64,000 bases of DNA from Eledone cirrhosa (GCA_964016885.1 OZ024742.1:370946001-371010000); one strand, 5' to 3'; positions 45,033 to 55,411 are shown, numbered from the stretch's first letter. Numbers and translations are program-made. The notes: a model not told the origin generated them from the letters alone.

Positions 45033-45637
45033 TCATAAACATAAACACTAACATAATCAGAAACCTGAATGCTAGCACTAAAACTAACACTACCATAAAC
45101 ACTAATAATAACCTGAAGACTAACACAAAACTAACTCTCATACTAACCTGAACACTTCCACTAACACAAATATTTACAAAACCACTAGCACTTACACTCA
45201 CTAACACAAACACTAACACGCACAATCTCAAACGCTGACGCTAACGCTAATGTAAACGCTAACAATAACACAAATGCTAACGCAGACCTTAACGCAAACG
45301 CTGACACTAACGCTAACGCTGTCGCAAACGCTGAGGCAAACGCTAACGCTGGCGCTAATGCTAACGCAAACGCAAACGCTGACGCTAAGTCAGACGTTAA
45401 CACAAATGCTAACGCTAACGCCACTACAAATGCTAACACAAACGCTAACGCAAATACTGACGCAACCACAAATTCTGACGCTGACGCTAACACTAACGCA
45501 AACACTAACGCTGACGTAAACGCTAATGCAGACGCAGTCGCTAACGCAAACGCTAACAATAACAGTAACGCTAACACTACCACTAACAATAGACGTAACA
45601 TTAACAGTAAAACCTACCCTAACACTAACCCTAATCC
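45033..45637 (+). repeat. Degenerate telomere-like hexamer tract (CTAACA/CTAACG/CTGACG/CAAACG, ending CCCTAACACTAACCCTAAT)
   Basis: 6-bp periodicity is visible throughout. Canonical CCCTAA units occur only at ~45617-45633. The C-rich strand is on +. Confidence 0.8.
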
Positions 45638-45749
45638 AGGGAAAAAATCGATTGCAATCATCTTTGAGGTCATTTTTTAATTTATTGAGGATAGGCATTA
45701 CATTTTAAAGATTTTAATTTAGAGAGAATCACGTTATGCTACACAAAAC

Positions 45750-46890
45750 AATGACAGCACACCACACCGCACCTGCTGGTCAACATCGCTCGGCTCAGGC
45801 GGCTCCGGACGATTCTGCTCAAGATCCCGAGAGCAGCCCAGGTGCTGGTAGCCGACGCCCTCGCTTCCTCAATCGAGAGGGACCTGGACTCAAATCGAGC
45901 CAGCGACCGGGAGCGCCTTTTTTATTTCGCCCAACTCCCTCACGGCCTCCCCAACTCTGACGCTGACCGAGGCGGCCTGTCGACAGCAGCTTTTATCAAG
46001 GCTAATGTTTCGAATTTTCGGCAAGCGCCCATCCCAAGTGTGTCGGAGGGTGCTACATCATCTGCTCTCGGGTGTCTTCAATCCTCCACCCGACCTGGCC
46101 ACATCAAGGACTTGTTATCCCCCCCTTCTCTGCTGAGGTCGGGCGCCGCTTTCTGAGTGCAATTGTGGCACTCACTAATAAGCTCATCCATGGCGCCCTG
46201 TACCCTCACGCCCGAAGCCTCTTTTTTTTCCGCTAGCCTGACCACTCTCAGGAAGAAAGAGGGTGGAATACGCACCATCGCTGTGAGCAATGTCTTCCGG
46301 AGGCTGGCTGCTAAGGTGGTCTGCGGGTCCATCACATCTAAACTGGGCGAGGAATGCAGTCCGGTGCAACTGGGTGTCGGTGTGTCCGGTGGCTGTGAGG
46401 GAGCCGCACATGCAACCAGGCAGTTCTTCAATAGCTGCCCACCGGAACCGGTATCCAGAAATCCAGGCACCTCATTGTCAAGCTTGACATGAGGAATGTC
46501 TTCGACTGCCTACGCCGTGACCATCTGCTCGATGCCTGTCTCAGCCGAGCCCCCTCTTCCTATCTGCTGGTCTACTTGTCATACGGTCACCGATCCACCC
46601 GCCGACCATCCGCTCCACCATCAGGTCCAGGCTCCAGCAACTCAAGACCCTCACGAGCCGACTGGGCCTGATTGACGCCAACCCAGCCCTCTTCCTGTTC
46701 AGCAACTGCTTCGCCATGCTGAAGCTCTTCTATACTCTTCATAGCGCTCTGTGCTCCAGCCACGCATCTCTCCTCGATACTTGTATCCAAACGACATCTG
46801 AGAAGATATGCAACGTCAGGTTTGACAACATTGGATGGTAACAGGCCACCTTACCTGTTAGATATGGTGACCTTGGCCTCCGGTCCCCAT
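45750..46890 (+). mobile_element. Decayed CRE-clade non-LTR retrotransposon, RT region with frameshifts and internal deletions
   Basis: Pieces across frames: RPGHIKDLL; LRKKEGGIRTIAVSNVFRRLAAK; QLGVGVSGGCEGAAHATR; KLDMRNVFDCLRRDHLL; LEKICNVRFDNIGW*QATLPVRYGDLGLR. These match CRE-type RT signatures. The YxDD segment appears deleted. Confidence 0.75.
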
Positions 46891-46911
46891 AAAGGGCCGT
46901 AACTCTTTGCT

Positions 46912-46956
46912 GCAAAGCATGGCGTCCAACCTTCTACCGATACTGCCAATTCACCT
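46912..46956 (-). mobile_element. Fragment of the tRNA-derived SINE head
   Basis: AAAGCATGGCGTCCAACCTTCTACCGATACTGCCAAT matches the SINE copies at 50806-50841 and 56163-56198. Confidence 0.7.
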
Positions 46957-47476
46957 AATGATGTATAATCGTATCTGAAGTATAATCTTCCATATCCGAA
47001 ACATGAATTAATTTTTTGTTTTTCGTTTTTTACTTTAGGTCACACATGAGAGCAGTCTCTTCGATTCTTTCCGTATCGTGTCTCAAATTTATAATTCTCT
47101 GACATTCTTCAGATATTTCCTGTAATGTTAAGTTCTGATTCTGCTCTAATTTTGTCAGAATTCTGGTACGAATTTCTGGATCTTTCTTTGCAGTTAACCC
47201 TTGCACGAAAATTAAGCATTTAAACATGTCAGGGCTTAGTTCGTTAAGTTTTAATCTTTCACATTCCTTGTTAACAATCCCAGCATACCTGACAAAATCT
47301 TCGTCCTCTTTTTTCACCAGATTCATACACTGCCAACGGGTATTAAATAAAGAACTTTTCTCGCTAAAAAATTTTGGTAGGATATTTACTGTTTCCTCAG
47401 AACAGATCTCACCTGGTTTCTTCGGTAGTATATAGCTGCAGTATTTCGCATGTTCGACTGGTGCCAACTTTCTCAC
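46957..47476 (-). mobile_element. Ty3/Gypsy LTR-retrotransposon gag-like fragment
   Basis: ORF 47030-47476 (RKLAPVEH..YILPKKP..LFNTRWQC..DFVRYAGIVNKECE..FKCLIFVQGL..EIRTRILTKLE). It is followed by a decayed zinc knuckle CFGYGRLYFRYDY (C/H replaced by Y) at ~46965-47003. Confidence 0.7.
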
Positions 47477-47539
47477 GTATACCTACATACACATACACAA
47501 ACGTGTATACATACATTTACACACACACACACACACACA

Positions 47540-47685
47540 AATCAACATTCTTGGGTATCATCGAGTCGCAGGTATACAGATTGTCTTTCTCCTAGAATGA
47601 TGTCCTAAGCAAGGACAAGGTTTCACTCATTCCCGGTGGACTAACTGCCCTGTCGGGAAACACGCCTAGTCTTTCCATGTCCCCT

Positions 47686-47686
<1 letters not shown>
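47540..47686 (-). mobile_element. Isolated 5' end of an RTE-type element (CTAGGAGAA motif) between two (CA)n tracts
   Basis: Homologous to 51670-51770. Minus strand reads CCACCGGGAATGA...CCTTGCTTAGGACATCATTCTAGGAGAAAGACAA...ACCTGCGACTC. The RTE assignment is from recall of the motif. Confidence 0.5.
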
Positions 47687-47730
<44 letters not shown>

Positions 47731-47845
47731 TCCATTAATTGTAATTGCTTTAACAGAGAGTTATTTTCACACAAAAAAAAAATGTTTAAGATAAAGTCAT
47801 ACCTTATATGTTAAAAACTATAACTGAATATGTGAGTTATCATGT

Positions 47846-47890
47846 GATAGCGTGGCCGAGCGGTCTAAGTTGCTGGTTTAAGGGGGCACC
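47846..47890 (+). pseudogene. 5' half of tRNA-Leu(AAG), truncated at the anticodon arm
   Basis: GATAGCGTGGCCGAGCGGTCTAAGTTGCTGGTTTAAGG matches nt 1-38 of the intact copies with 3 mismatches. The upstream TCATGT is shared with the copy at 51132. Confidence 0.9.
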
Positions 47891-49590
47891 GCCCTTGTTG
47901 CTACACATTCTAGCTCCAGCCTAGGTTACCTTTGTACCCGCTGTGGGCTGATCCGGGATTCTGGATAGCAGGGTGTCGAGATGTTTCTTGAAAACATCCA
48001 CGTACACATCATGCAAATCTAACAAATTTCTTGCCAGTTTGTTGAAGAGTTGAGGGCCTTTGAACCCCAGTCTATTGCAATATCTGCTCCTTATTCTAGA
48101 TGTGGAAGACCATGGCACCACACAGTGACGACCTATTCGGAAGTTGGTCCAGCTCTCAATGCCAAAGTTTGGTGCTAGTCTCTCCAGGACCTTCCATGCG
48201 TATATCACTGCGTATCTCTTCTGCCTTCATTCCAGCCTCTCACAGTAGCTCATCTCCTTCATTGTGGCAATCTTCTTGGTGTAGCTTCGTTGGATTGTCT
48301 CAAGCTCCATGGTTAGTTTGATACTATGGGGTGACCACAGTTGGGAGCAATAGTCCAGGCGGCTTAGGACAAATGTCCTCCATAGTATCAACATGGTCTC
48401 TCGGTCTCTTGCCCGGAAAGTCCACAAGATCCAGCTAACGAGTCGTCTGCACATTGTCGCCACCCTCATGATATGGGAAGAAAAAGATGCATCGTCGCTC
48501 ATATCTATCACCAGGCCTCGTATCGATTTCGACACGGGGATTTCGATCGCTCCTCGTCCAGAGTAGCTGTGTTGTACTATATTTGTGTTTGCAGGTTGAT
48601 ATTGTAGGGCTTGAAATTTCCGAGCATTAAATTGTATGTTGTTGTCCTCAGCCCATTTGTATATGACATCCAGATTTTGTAAAAGAGCAGCATCGGTCGG
48701 GTGTTTGATTGCCTGTGCTACCTTAGTGTCATCAGCATAGCAAGTGAGGGATGTCTGAGAGAGCCACTAAAAACAGTAATGGTACCAAAACTATATCCTG
48801 GGGCATTCCACTTGTTATTGATATTTCCTTTGAGAGGGCCCCATTGGCTGCGAGTCCCTGGCTTCTGTCTTTTAAGAAATCATGCAGCCATTCACCTGCT
48901 TTTCCAGTTATGCCAAGTCTGTGTAGTTTGTGACATCATTCCGTGGTCGTCCTTGTCAAAGGCCTTCGCAAAGTCAAGATATATCAAGTCCACATGTGCG
49001 CTGTCTAGCAATTGTTTCAGTATCCAGTCATAGTGTTGTAGCAGCTGTGTAAGACAGCTTCTTCCTGGGCGAAAGTCATTCTGCATGTTAGGCGGTCATT
49101 GTCCTCGAGGAACGTGATCAGTTTCTTTTTGATAATTCGTTCCGTAACCTTACTGATAGGTGACGTCAGGGAGACTGGCCTGTAATGCCTCCGCTCTGCT
49201 TCTTCCTTTATGGATATTAACATATTGTGCCTTCTTTTAGCTCTCTAGGTAGTTTACCGCTAACCAAAGAACTTCTGAAGATGGTCTTCAATGGTCTTGC
49301 TAAGGTACGCTTACATGTTTTAGGAGGGTTTGTTTTAATATTTGCTATGGCCCTGACTTCTCTCTCTGCCCTCTCCTTCTCATGGGAAAGTTTGAGTTCA
49401 GTTTCAAGTAGTCCATGTTTCAGATAGGGTTCCTTCTTGTTTTTCCGTTGTGCAGTTAATCAGTTTGAGAGCTTAGTTCTTCGTCTCATAAGAATTTTCC
49501 TGTTTCTGGGAATAAGAATTTTGTGTCCGTTGGCCTTTTTCTCCGGGACAAACTTATGGCATATAGTTTGTATTGTTGTCATGAAATGTT
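47884..49590 (-). mobile_element. Decayed CR1-clade LINE, ORF2 RT region and 3' end
   Basis: Fragments YRPVSLTSPISKV, QNDFRPGRSCLTQLL, IYLDFAKAFDK, GMPQDIVLVP, LTCYADDTK, SRLDYCSQLWSP and GPQLFNKL, spread over several frames. Confidence 0.85.
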
Positions 49591-49599
49591 GAAAAGGTT

Positions 49600-49631
<32 letters not shown>

Positions 49632-49773
49632 CACACATATTTATAAATATGGTTTTATTTTGGGGTGGTCATGCTGCCGATAAAAGCACACGCACTTGTT
49701 CGTTTTCATTTCAGTTTATTATAAAATCCCTGTTGGTTTGTTTAATAACAGGATGGTTGTTTAGTTGCTGATT

Positions 49774-49816
49774 GTCAAAGCTCTTTCGTCGCATATTCTG
49801 TGACTTCTTCAGTGAC
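49774..49816 (-). ncRNA. Minimal type-I hammerhead ribozyme fold (Penelope-type), probably decayed
   Basis: Minus strand: GTCA CTGAAGA A GTCACA-GAATA-TGCGAC GAAA GAGC T T TGAC. Stem I is GTCA/TGAC; both core boxes are present. Confidence 0.6.
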
Positions 49817-49916
49817 TAGCTTTGTTGATATTTTGTGCTTCTCCTATGTTCTGTCCTACACCATCTTGATTTGTTTGTGCTCGCAATGCTATAACTGGAT
49901 GCTAGCGTTTTTTAGT

Positions 49917-49998
49917 GGTAGCGTGGCCGAGCGGTCTAAGGCGCTGGTTTAAGGCACCAGTCTCTTCAGAGGCGTGGGTTCGAATCCCACCGCTGCCA
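49917..49998 (+). tRNA. tRNA-Leu(AAG)
   Basis: 82-nt type II cloverleaf with anticodon loop TT-AAG-GC and A and B boxes. A T7 terminator lies at 50005-50011. The variable arm reads TTCAGAGG (G>A relative to the other copies). Confidence 0.93.
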
Positions 49999-50332
49999 AT
50001 TATCTTTTTTTCATACAAAATGAAGCAGACATTTAGGATCACTAGTGGTTGTCTATACACGTACAGTTTACTGTTCCTACCAATTATAGAATATATTTAT
50101 AAGGTTTTGTAAAATATAAAGAGCATTTTCAAAATATAACAGCTGTCCTTGACTGCAGGGTTTTCTTAGTGCCTGAAAAGAAAACAAATTCACACACACA
50201 CACATACAGAGAGAGAGACATATGCGCACACAATCTCTATCTCACACACACACACGCACATAGACACAGAGTTTCACATACAAGGTACAGTTAGGCAAAC
50301 AAAAGTTTTAACAAAATAAAATTTAACTTACA

Positions 50333-50926
50333 ATGAGAAATAATTGTTTCTACTTTTGGCACAAGGCCAGCAATTACCCAGTGCATTACTGGTACTTTAT
50401 TTTATCGACCCCGTAAGGATGAAAAGCAAAGTTAACATGAGAAATAATTGTTTCTACTTTTGACACAAGGCCAGGCCAGCAATTAACCAGTACATTACTG
50501 GTACTTTATTTTATCGAGCCCGTAAGGATGAAAAGCAAAGTTAACATGAGAAATAATTGTTTCTACTTTTGACACAAGGCCAGGCCAGCAATTAACCAGT
50601 ACATTACTGGTACTTTATTTTATCGAGCCCGTAAGGATGAAAGGCAAAGTTAACATGAGAAATAATTGTTTCTACTTTTGGCACAAGGCCAGCAATTACT
50701 CAGTACATTACTGGTACTTTATTTTATCGACCCCGGAAGGATGAAAGCAAAGTTAACCTCGGCGGGATTTGAACTCAGATCATACAGGGAGGTAACTATG
50801 CTGGAAAGCATGGCGTCCGACCCTCTACCGATACTGCCAATCCAACGCCTTGTTAACATGAGAAATAATTGTTTCTACTTTAGGCACAAGGCCAGCAATT
50901 ACCCAGTGCATTACTGGTACTTTATT
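50333..50926 (-). mobile_element. tRNA-derived SINE with tandemly amplified 3' half
   Basis: Units start at 50333, 50437, 50546 and 50655 (104/109/109 bp). The fourth extends to the SINE head at ~50850, with A box TGGCAGTATCGG and B box GTTCAAATCC on minus. A fifth partial unit starts at ~50858. Confidence 0.85.
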
Positions 50927-51131
50927 ATATTATTTATACTAAGATACCAATAATGATTTTTAAAGATAACTGCTGTCCTTGACTGCAGGGATTTCTTAGA
51001 GCATGGAAAGAAAACTAATTTACACCCCCACATCCACACACAATCACCCTCGCTATCTCTTTCACATTCACACATAGATACATAGACACAGAGTTTCACA
51101 TACATAGTATAAACAAACGAAGTTTTCATGT

Positions 51132-51213
51132 GGTAGCGTGGCCGAGCGGTCTAAGGCGCTGGTTTAAGGCACCAGTCTCTTCGGAGGCGTGAGTTCGAAT
51201 CCCACCGCTGCCA
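51132..51213 (+). tRNA. tRNA-Leu(AAG) with a T-stem mismatch (possible pseudogene)
   Basis: Full 82 nt. G>A at 51192 gives GTGAG/CCCAC, an A-C mismatch. An oligo-T terminator follows. Confidence 0.85.
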
Positions 51214-51403
51214 ATTGTATTTTTTTTCTCTTTTTTTTTAATAGATAATGAAGCTGATGTAGATTTTACGTCCTCCGTAGGTTTTCTATAGACCTTCAAT
51301 GTCGTGTCCCTACCCAATATGTAGAAGATATTTTAAATGATTTATAAGATATAAATATCATCTTTAAGAATATATCAGCTACACTAGACTGAAAAACACA
51401 CAT

Positions 51404-51458
<55 letters not shown>

Positions 51459-51467
51459 TACATATAT

Positions 51468-51784
51468 GATGGCTACCCCCTCGTTATCGAGTATGGCCAT
51501 TGCACGATATACCATTATTAATAATTATTAATTAATTCTATCGTGCAATGCCTGTGCGTGAAGATATTTTTTAAAGTGAGGAAAGACTGTGCACTGAGCC
51601 AATCCCACTCTCTGAGAGACAGTAGCTATAACCTGAAAAGAAGAAAAGATGAACATCATCGGTAACTACTGAGCCGCAGGTTTTATATCGGAGTTATCCC
51701 AGCTTCCTGAGTTGTCTTCTCCTAGAAGAATGCCCTGACAAAGGCTATGGGTCCTTCACTCCCAGTGGTTTAACCGCGCGGTAC
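51468..51784 (-). mobile_element. Short (~315 bp) non-autonomous RTE-related element
   Basis: Minus strand has the 5' motif GGGAGTGAAGG...CTAGGAGAAGACAACTC and a 3' end CATACTCGATAACGAGGGGGTAGCC running into a microsatellite. An internal hairpin CATTGCACGATA/TATCGTGCAATG is present. No ORF. Confidence 0.5.
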
Positions 51785-51809
51785 ATGTGTATATACATAT
51801 GTACACACT

Positions 51810-51997
51810 TTAGGATGGCCGTTGATTCTTATCAGTTCTTCCGCCCTTTGTCAGGTTTTGTTTTTTGTCCTGCAGGGTGTCCAAAATCACCCTCCTCACC
51901 AAGTACTTGGTGGGGTTGCCGGTTTAGTGGCCGACGACCCGACCATGCGACAGGTTGTACTGGGTTACAGTTACCAGTAGCACTCAAGAGTGACCTG
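51810..51997 (-). mobile_element. Short structured retroelement end (~190 bp), family uncertain
   Basis: GC-rich island bounded by microsatellite-like sequence. It contains the palindrome CACCAAGTACTTGGTG and a three-way junction. Confidence 0.4.
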
Positions 51998-52084
51998 ACA
52001 CACACACACACACACATACATACATACATACATACATACATACATACATACATACATACATACATACATACATACATACATACA
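51998..52084. repeat. (CA)n(TACA)n microsatellite, 5' flank of the R4/Dong element
   Basis: Read directly from the sequence. Confidence 0.97.
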
Positions 52085-53963
52085 TTATTATTAAGGCTTT
52101 ACAGTTAGCTAAAGTCCCACAACCATTAGTAGCTGCTGTTGAGCGCCTGACCAAGAACTGGTACACCAATTTGATCCTTAGAGGTGAGAAGGAGCAGGTT
52201 AAGACTGATAGGATACATTACCAGAAGGGCATCTTTCAGGGTGATAGCTTGTCAGTACTACTCTTCGTTCTCTCACTGAATCCACTATCTTACCTACTCA
52301 GGAAACAAGGTGGACAAAGAAGTGGGCCCAGAAGTATCTTCCATCTTTTCTTTGTTGATGACCTGAAGTTGTATGGGCCAAATATCAATGACATCAAGAA
52401 ACAATTGGACCTCATTACACAATTTTCAACCGACATCAAAATGAAATTTGGTGAGTCCAAGTGTGCATATTTGGCAGTAAAACGTGGAAGAGCTGTGCCC
52501 TCCTCTAGAAATCTAGATATGAACGGCCTGACAATACAACCTCTGCAGTCAGGTGACAACTACAGATATCTTGGACAGGATGAGAATGTCAGATATGATG
52601 GACCCATAAATAAGGAGAGAACCAGAACTGAATACCTCAGAAGAGTAAAAAAAATATGGTCATCAGAACTGTCAGCATACAACAAATACATTGCCCACAA
52701 TACCTATGCTGTGCCAATTATAACGCCAACATTTGGCCTACTGAACTGGTCATTGCAAGAACTAAGTGAGATGGATGTTAGAACTCGTAAACTTCTCAGT
52801 GTTACTGGGAACTTTAACATCAATGGTGATGTGGATAGGCTATACTTCTCACGCAAGGAAGGTGGCCGGGGTCTAAAATCAATATTAACAACATATGAGA
52901 CCCGGATAGTAACACTGAAGCAACACCTTCAACAGAGGAAAAAGGTTGGCGACCATCTTGCTCAGGTTTATGAGCATGAAAAAAGAAATATCATTAGAAT
53001 AGCGACTGATCTGGAGGAGAGATATGGAATAAAGCCTGATATAAATCTCTCACCCAGAGAAATCGGAAGATCCTATTCAATGTTCAAACAAGAAAAAAAA
53101 ATTGACCAATTTACAGAGAAAGTTGTGCATGGATACTTGAGGCGTAAAACACAGACCATAGAGGGGATAAACCACTCAAAAAGCCTGGCATGGAGTTCCG
53201 ACAAGTTTATGACATCACACCTTGAGGGATATCTCTATGCAATACAGGAACAAGAACTCCCTACCAAATATCTGCTGCACAAAAGAGGAGGGCCAGCAGC
53301 TGACAATAAATGTAGGCTATGTAAAACAAAGATCGAGGATGTAAGCCACATTGTTGCCAGCTGCGAAAGAATGTCATCTCGCTACTACCTCCCCATGAGA
53401 CACGATGGGATAGCTAGAACTATCTGGAACGCACTTCGGAAAACAAAATTAACAACAAACGAGGAAGAATATATTGAGACAGATGGCACTAAGGAATACT
53501 GGTGGAACCTGAAAATAAAAACTGCCACCAAATTAAAGCACAACCGGCCTGATATTGTAGTTTGGGACCACACATTGAAAACGTGTTCTGTTGTGGAGAT
53601 CAGCTGCCCACTTGATGTAAACGTTGTCAGAAAAATACAGGAGAAGGAGGACATCTACGGACCATTGATGAGGAGCTTACAAATCCAGTATCCAAGATAC
53701 ACCTTTAGCTTCATACCCATCATTATTGGTGCTACGGGTTATATACCAACCCGCTTGGACCAAAGTATGACCGAACTTGGATTTGCGGACAAAAAGCGCA
53801 GCTCCCTAATTCATAGTCTACAAATGGCTGCGATAGCTGGCACCTTCAAAATATGCAAAACATTCTTGCGATTCAAGGGATGACAATTTCTTTTCTTTTA
53901 CAACCTTGCCACCAGGAAGGTGGCCGGTCAAAAAAATATACTCGAAATTAAGAGAAAGAGAAA

Positions 53964-53964
<1 letters not shown>
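52085..53964 (+). mobile_element. 5'-truncated R4/Dong-clade non-LTR retrotransposon
   Basis: Coding homology starts at the microsatellite edge ([11 protein letters not shown]...). The stop is at 53883, followed by an ~80-bp 3' UTR ending GAGAAAA and then microsatellite. Confidence 0.85.
52171..53883 (+). CDS. C-terminal half of the R4/Dong ORF: RT, CCHC finger and restriction-like endonuclease (no true start codon)
   Basis: [37 protein letters not shown]...[17 protein letters not shown]...VEISCP...K. The 570 codons contain no stop. Confidence 0.9.
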   Translation: MILRGEKEQVKTDRIHYQKGIFQGDSLSVLLFVLSLNPLSYLLRKQGGQRSGPRSIFHLFFVDDLKLYGPNINDIKKQLDLITQFSTDIKMKFGESKCAYLAVKRGRAVPSSRNLDMNGLTIQPLQSGDNYRYLGQDENVRYDGPINKERTRTEYLRRVKKIWSSELSAYNKYIAHNTYAVPIITPTFGLLNWSLQELSEMDVRTRKLLSVTGNFNINGDVDRLYFSRKEGGRGLKSILTTYETRIVTLKQHLQQRKKVGDHLAQVYEHEKRNIIRIATDLEERYGIKPDINLSPREIGRSYSMFKQEKKIDQFTEKVVHGYLRRKTQTIEGINHSKSLAWSSDKFMTSHLEGYLYAIQEQELPTKYLLHKRGGPAADNKCRLCKTKIEDVSHIVASCERMSSRYYLPMRHDGIARTIWNALRKTKLTTNEEEYIETDGTKEYWWNLKIKTATKLKHNRPDIVVWDHTLKTCSVVEISCPLDVNVVRKIQEKEDIYGPLMRSLQIQYPRYTFSFIPIIIGATGYIPTRLDQSMTELGFADKKRSSLIHSLQMAAIAGTFKICKTFLRFKG

Positions 53965-54002
<38 letters not shown>

Positions 54003-54015
54003 TACATACATACAT

Positions 54016-54104
<89 letters not shown>

Positions 54105-54105
54105 T

Positions 54106-54156
<51 letters not shown>

Positions 54157-54169
54157 TACATACATACAT

Positions 54170-54218
<49 letters not shown>

Positions 54219-54291
54219 TACATACATACATACATACACACACACTCACACACACACACACACACATACATACATACATACATACATACAT

Positions 54292-54326
<35 letters not shown>

Positions 54327-54355
54327 TACATACATACATACATACATACATACAT

Positions 54356-54386
<31 letters not shown>

Positions 54387-54598
54387 TACATACATACATA
54401 CATACATACATACATACATACATACATACACACACATACATACATATACACACACACATACATACATACATACATACATACATACATACATACATACATA
54501 CATACATACACACATACATACATACACACACACATACATACACACATACATACATACATACATACATACATACATACATACATACATACATACATACA
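53965..54598. repeat. ~630-bp compound microsatellite of alternating (CA)n and (TACA)n blocks
   Basis: Read directly from the sequence. Confidence 0.98.
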
Positions 54599-54786
54599 GG
54601 CAGGAGACCCAGGGGTAGACCCTGAGCGAGATGGTTGGATAACATCCATGAGCTCGGCTGGTCTCACTTGGGGATCCAGCTGGGCCGGTTGCTTCTGACA
54701 GGACCTGCTGGGAGAAGAGTGTTGGAGAACTCTTCCACCACGACCCTCTCAAGAAGAAGAAGAAGAAGAAGAAGAAGAAGAAGAAG
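54599..54786 (+). mobile_element. 3' stub of an RTE LINE with a (GAA)n tail
   Basis: GRRPRGRP*ARWLDNIHEL is the RTE C-terminal motif. An (AAG)12 tail lies at 54751-54786. Confidence 0.65.
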
Positions 54787-54807
54787 GTGTACATCTGTTG
54801 GCCGTTA

Positions 54808-55196
54808 TTAACCCCTTCAATACAAAACTGTTTATTTCTAAATGTTTATATTAATCTAGAAACCTTCCATCATAATGTTCTGACTAAATCTTTACAAATT
54901 CTTTAATATTTTCAAAATGATTTGAAAATTTTAGGGTTGAAGTGTTGATATAGATGTCTAAAAACTTTCCATCAAATTTTCATATCAGAAACTTTTGTTA
55001 AAGTATTTCGGGGCAGTATTCAAGAGAGATGGAAGGCAGGGGGCTGACTTAAGTACAAACATTGCAGGAGTTGGTGCAGTTATGAAAATGTTAGTTATAT
55101 TCCTAAACCACTCCAAATTCTCGATTTTATTTGTATTAATTATTTAAAAATCATGGACATTGTTTATGTTTAGATATATGGTAACGAAAGGGTTGT
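54808..55196. mobile_element. Possible old piggyBac-like MITE
   Basis: Left TTAACCCCTTCAATAC versus right GTAACGAAAGGGTT, an 11/14 inverted match. The right TTAA is not intact. Confidence 0.3.
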
Positions 55197-55411
55197 GAAT
55201 GTGACTGGGTTGTGTAGTAGGAGTAGATAGTGGTAGGGGTGATAAAAACAGAGCTAGTTGTCTATAACAGGTAACGTAAGATACTCTGTGCCATGCACGT
55301 TTAAAGGCTTTGCTTCTCTGAAGGTGACAGCTATTGCTATCATACCCAGCAGGCACATGCCACTAAAGCAGAAGATACACTAAATAATATTTAGATGGTA
55401 ATGTATCAACT

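Noticed and set aside
44986-45708. Hydrophobic or Thr/Leu-rich ORFs in the ORF track
   Set aside because: By-products of a hexamer repeat that lacks stops in several frames.
52084-52093. ATTATTATTA as a Dong-type TAA target site
   Set aside because: It is in frame as IIK of the RT coding sequence, so it is more simply part of the element.
53818-54794. 180-275 aa ORFs (YVCM / HTYI repeats)
   Set aside because: Translations of the (CA)/(TACA) microsatellite.
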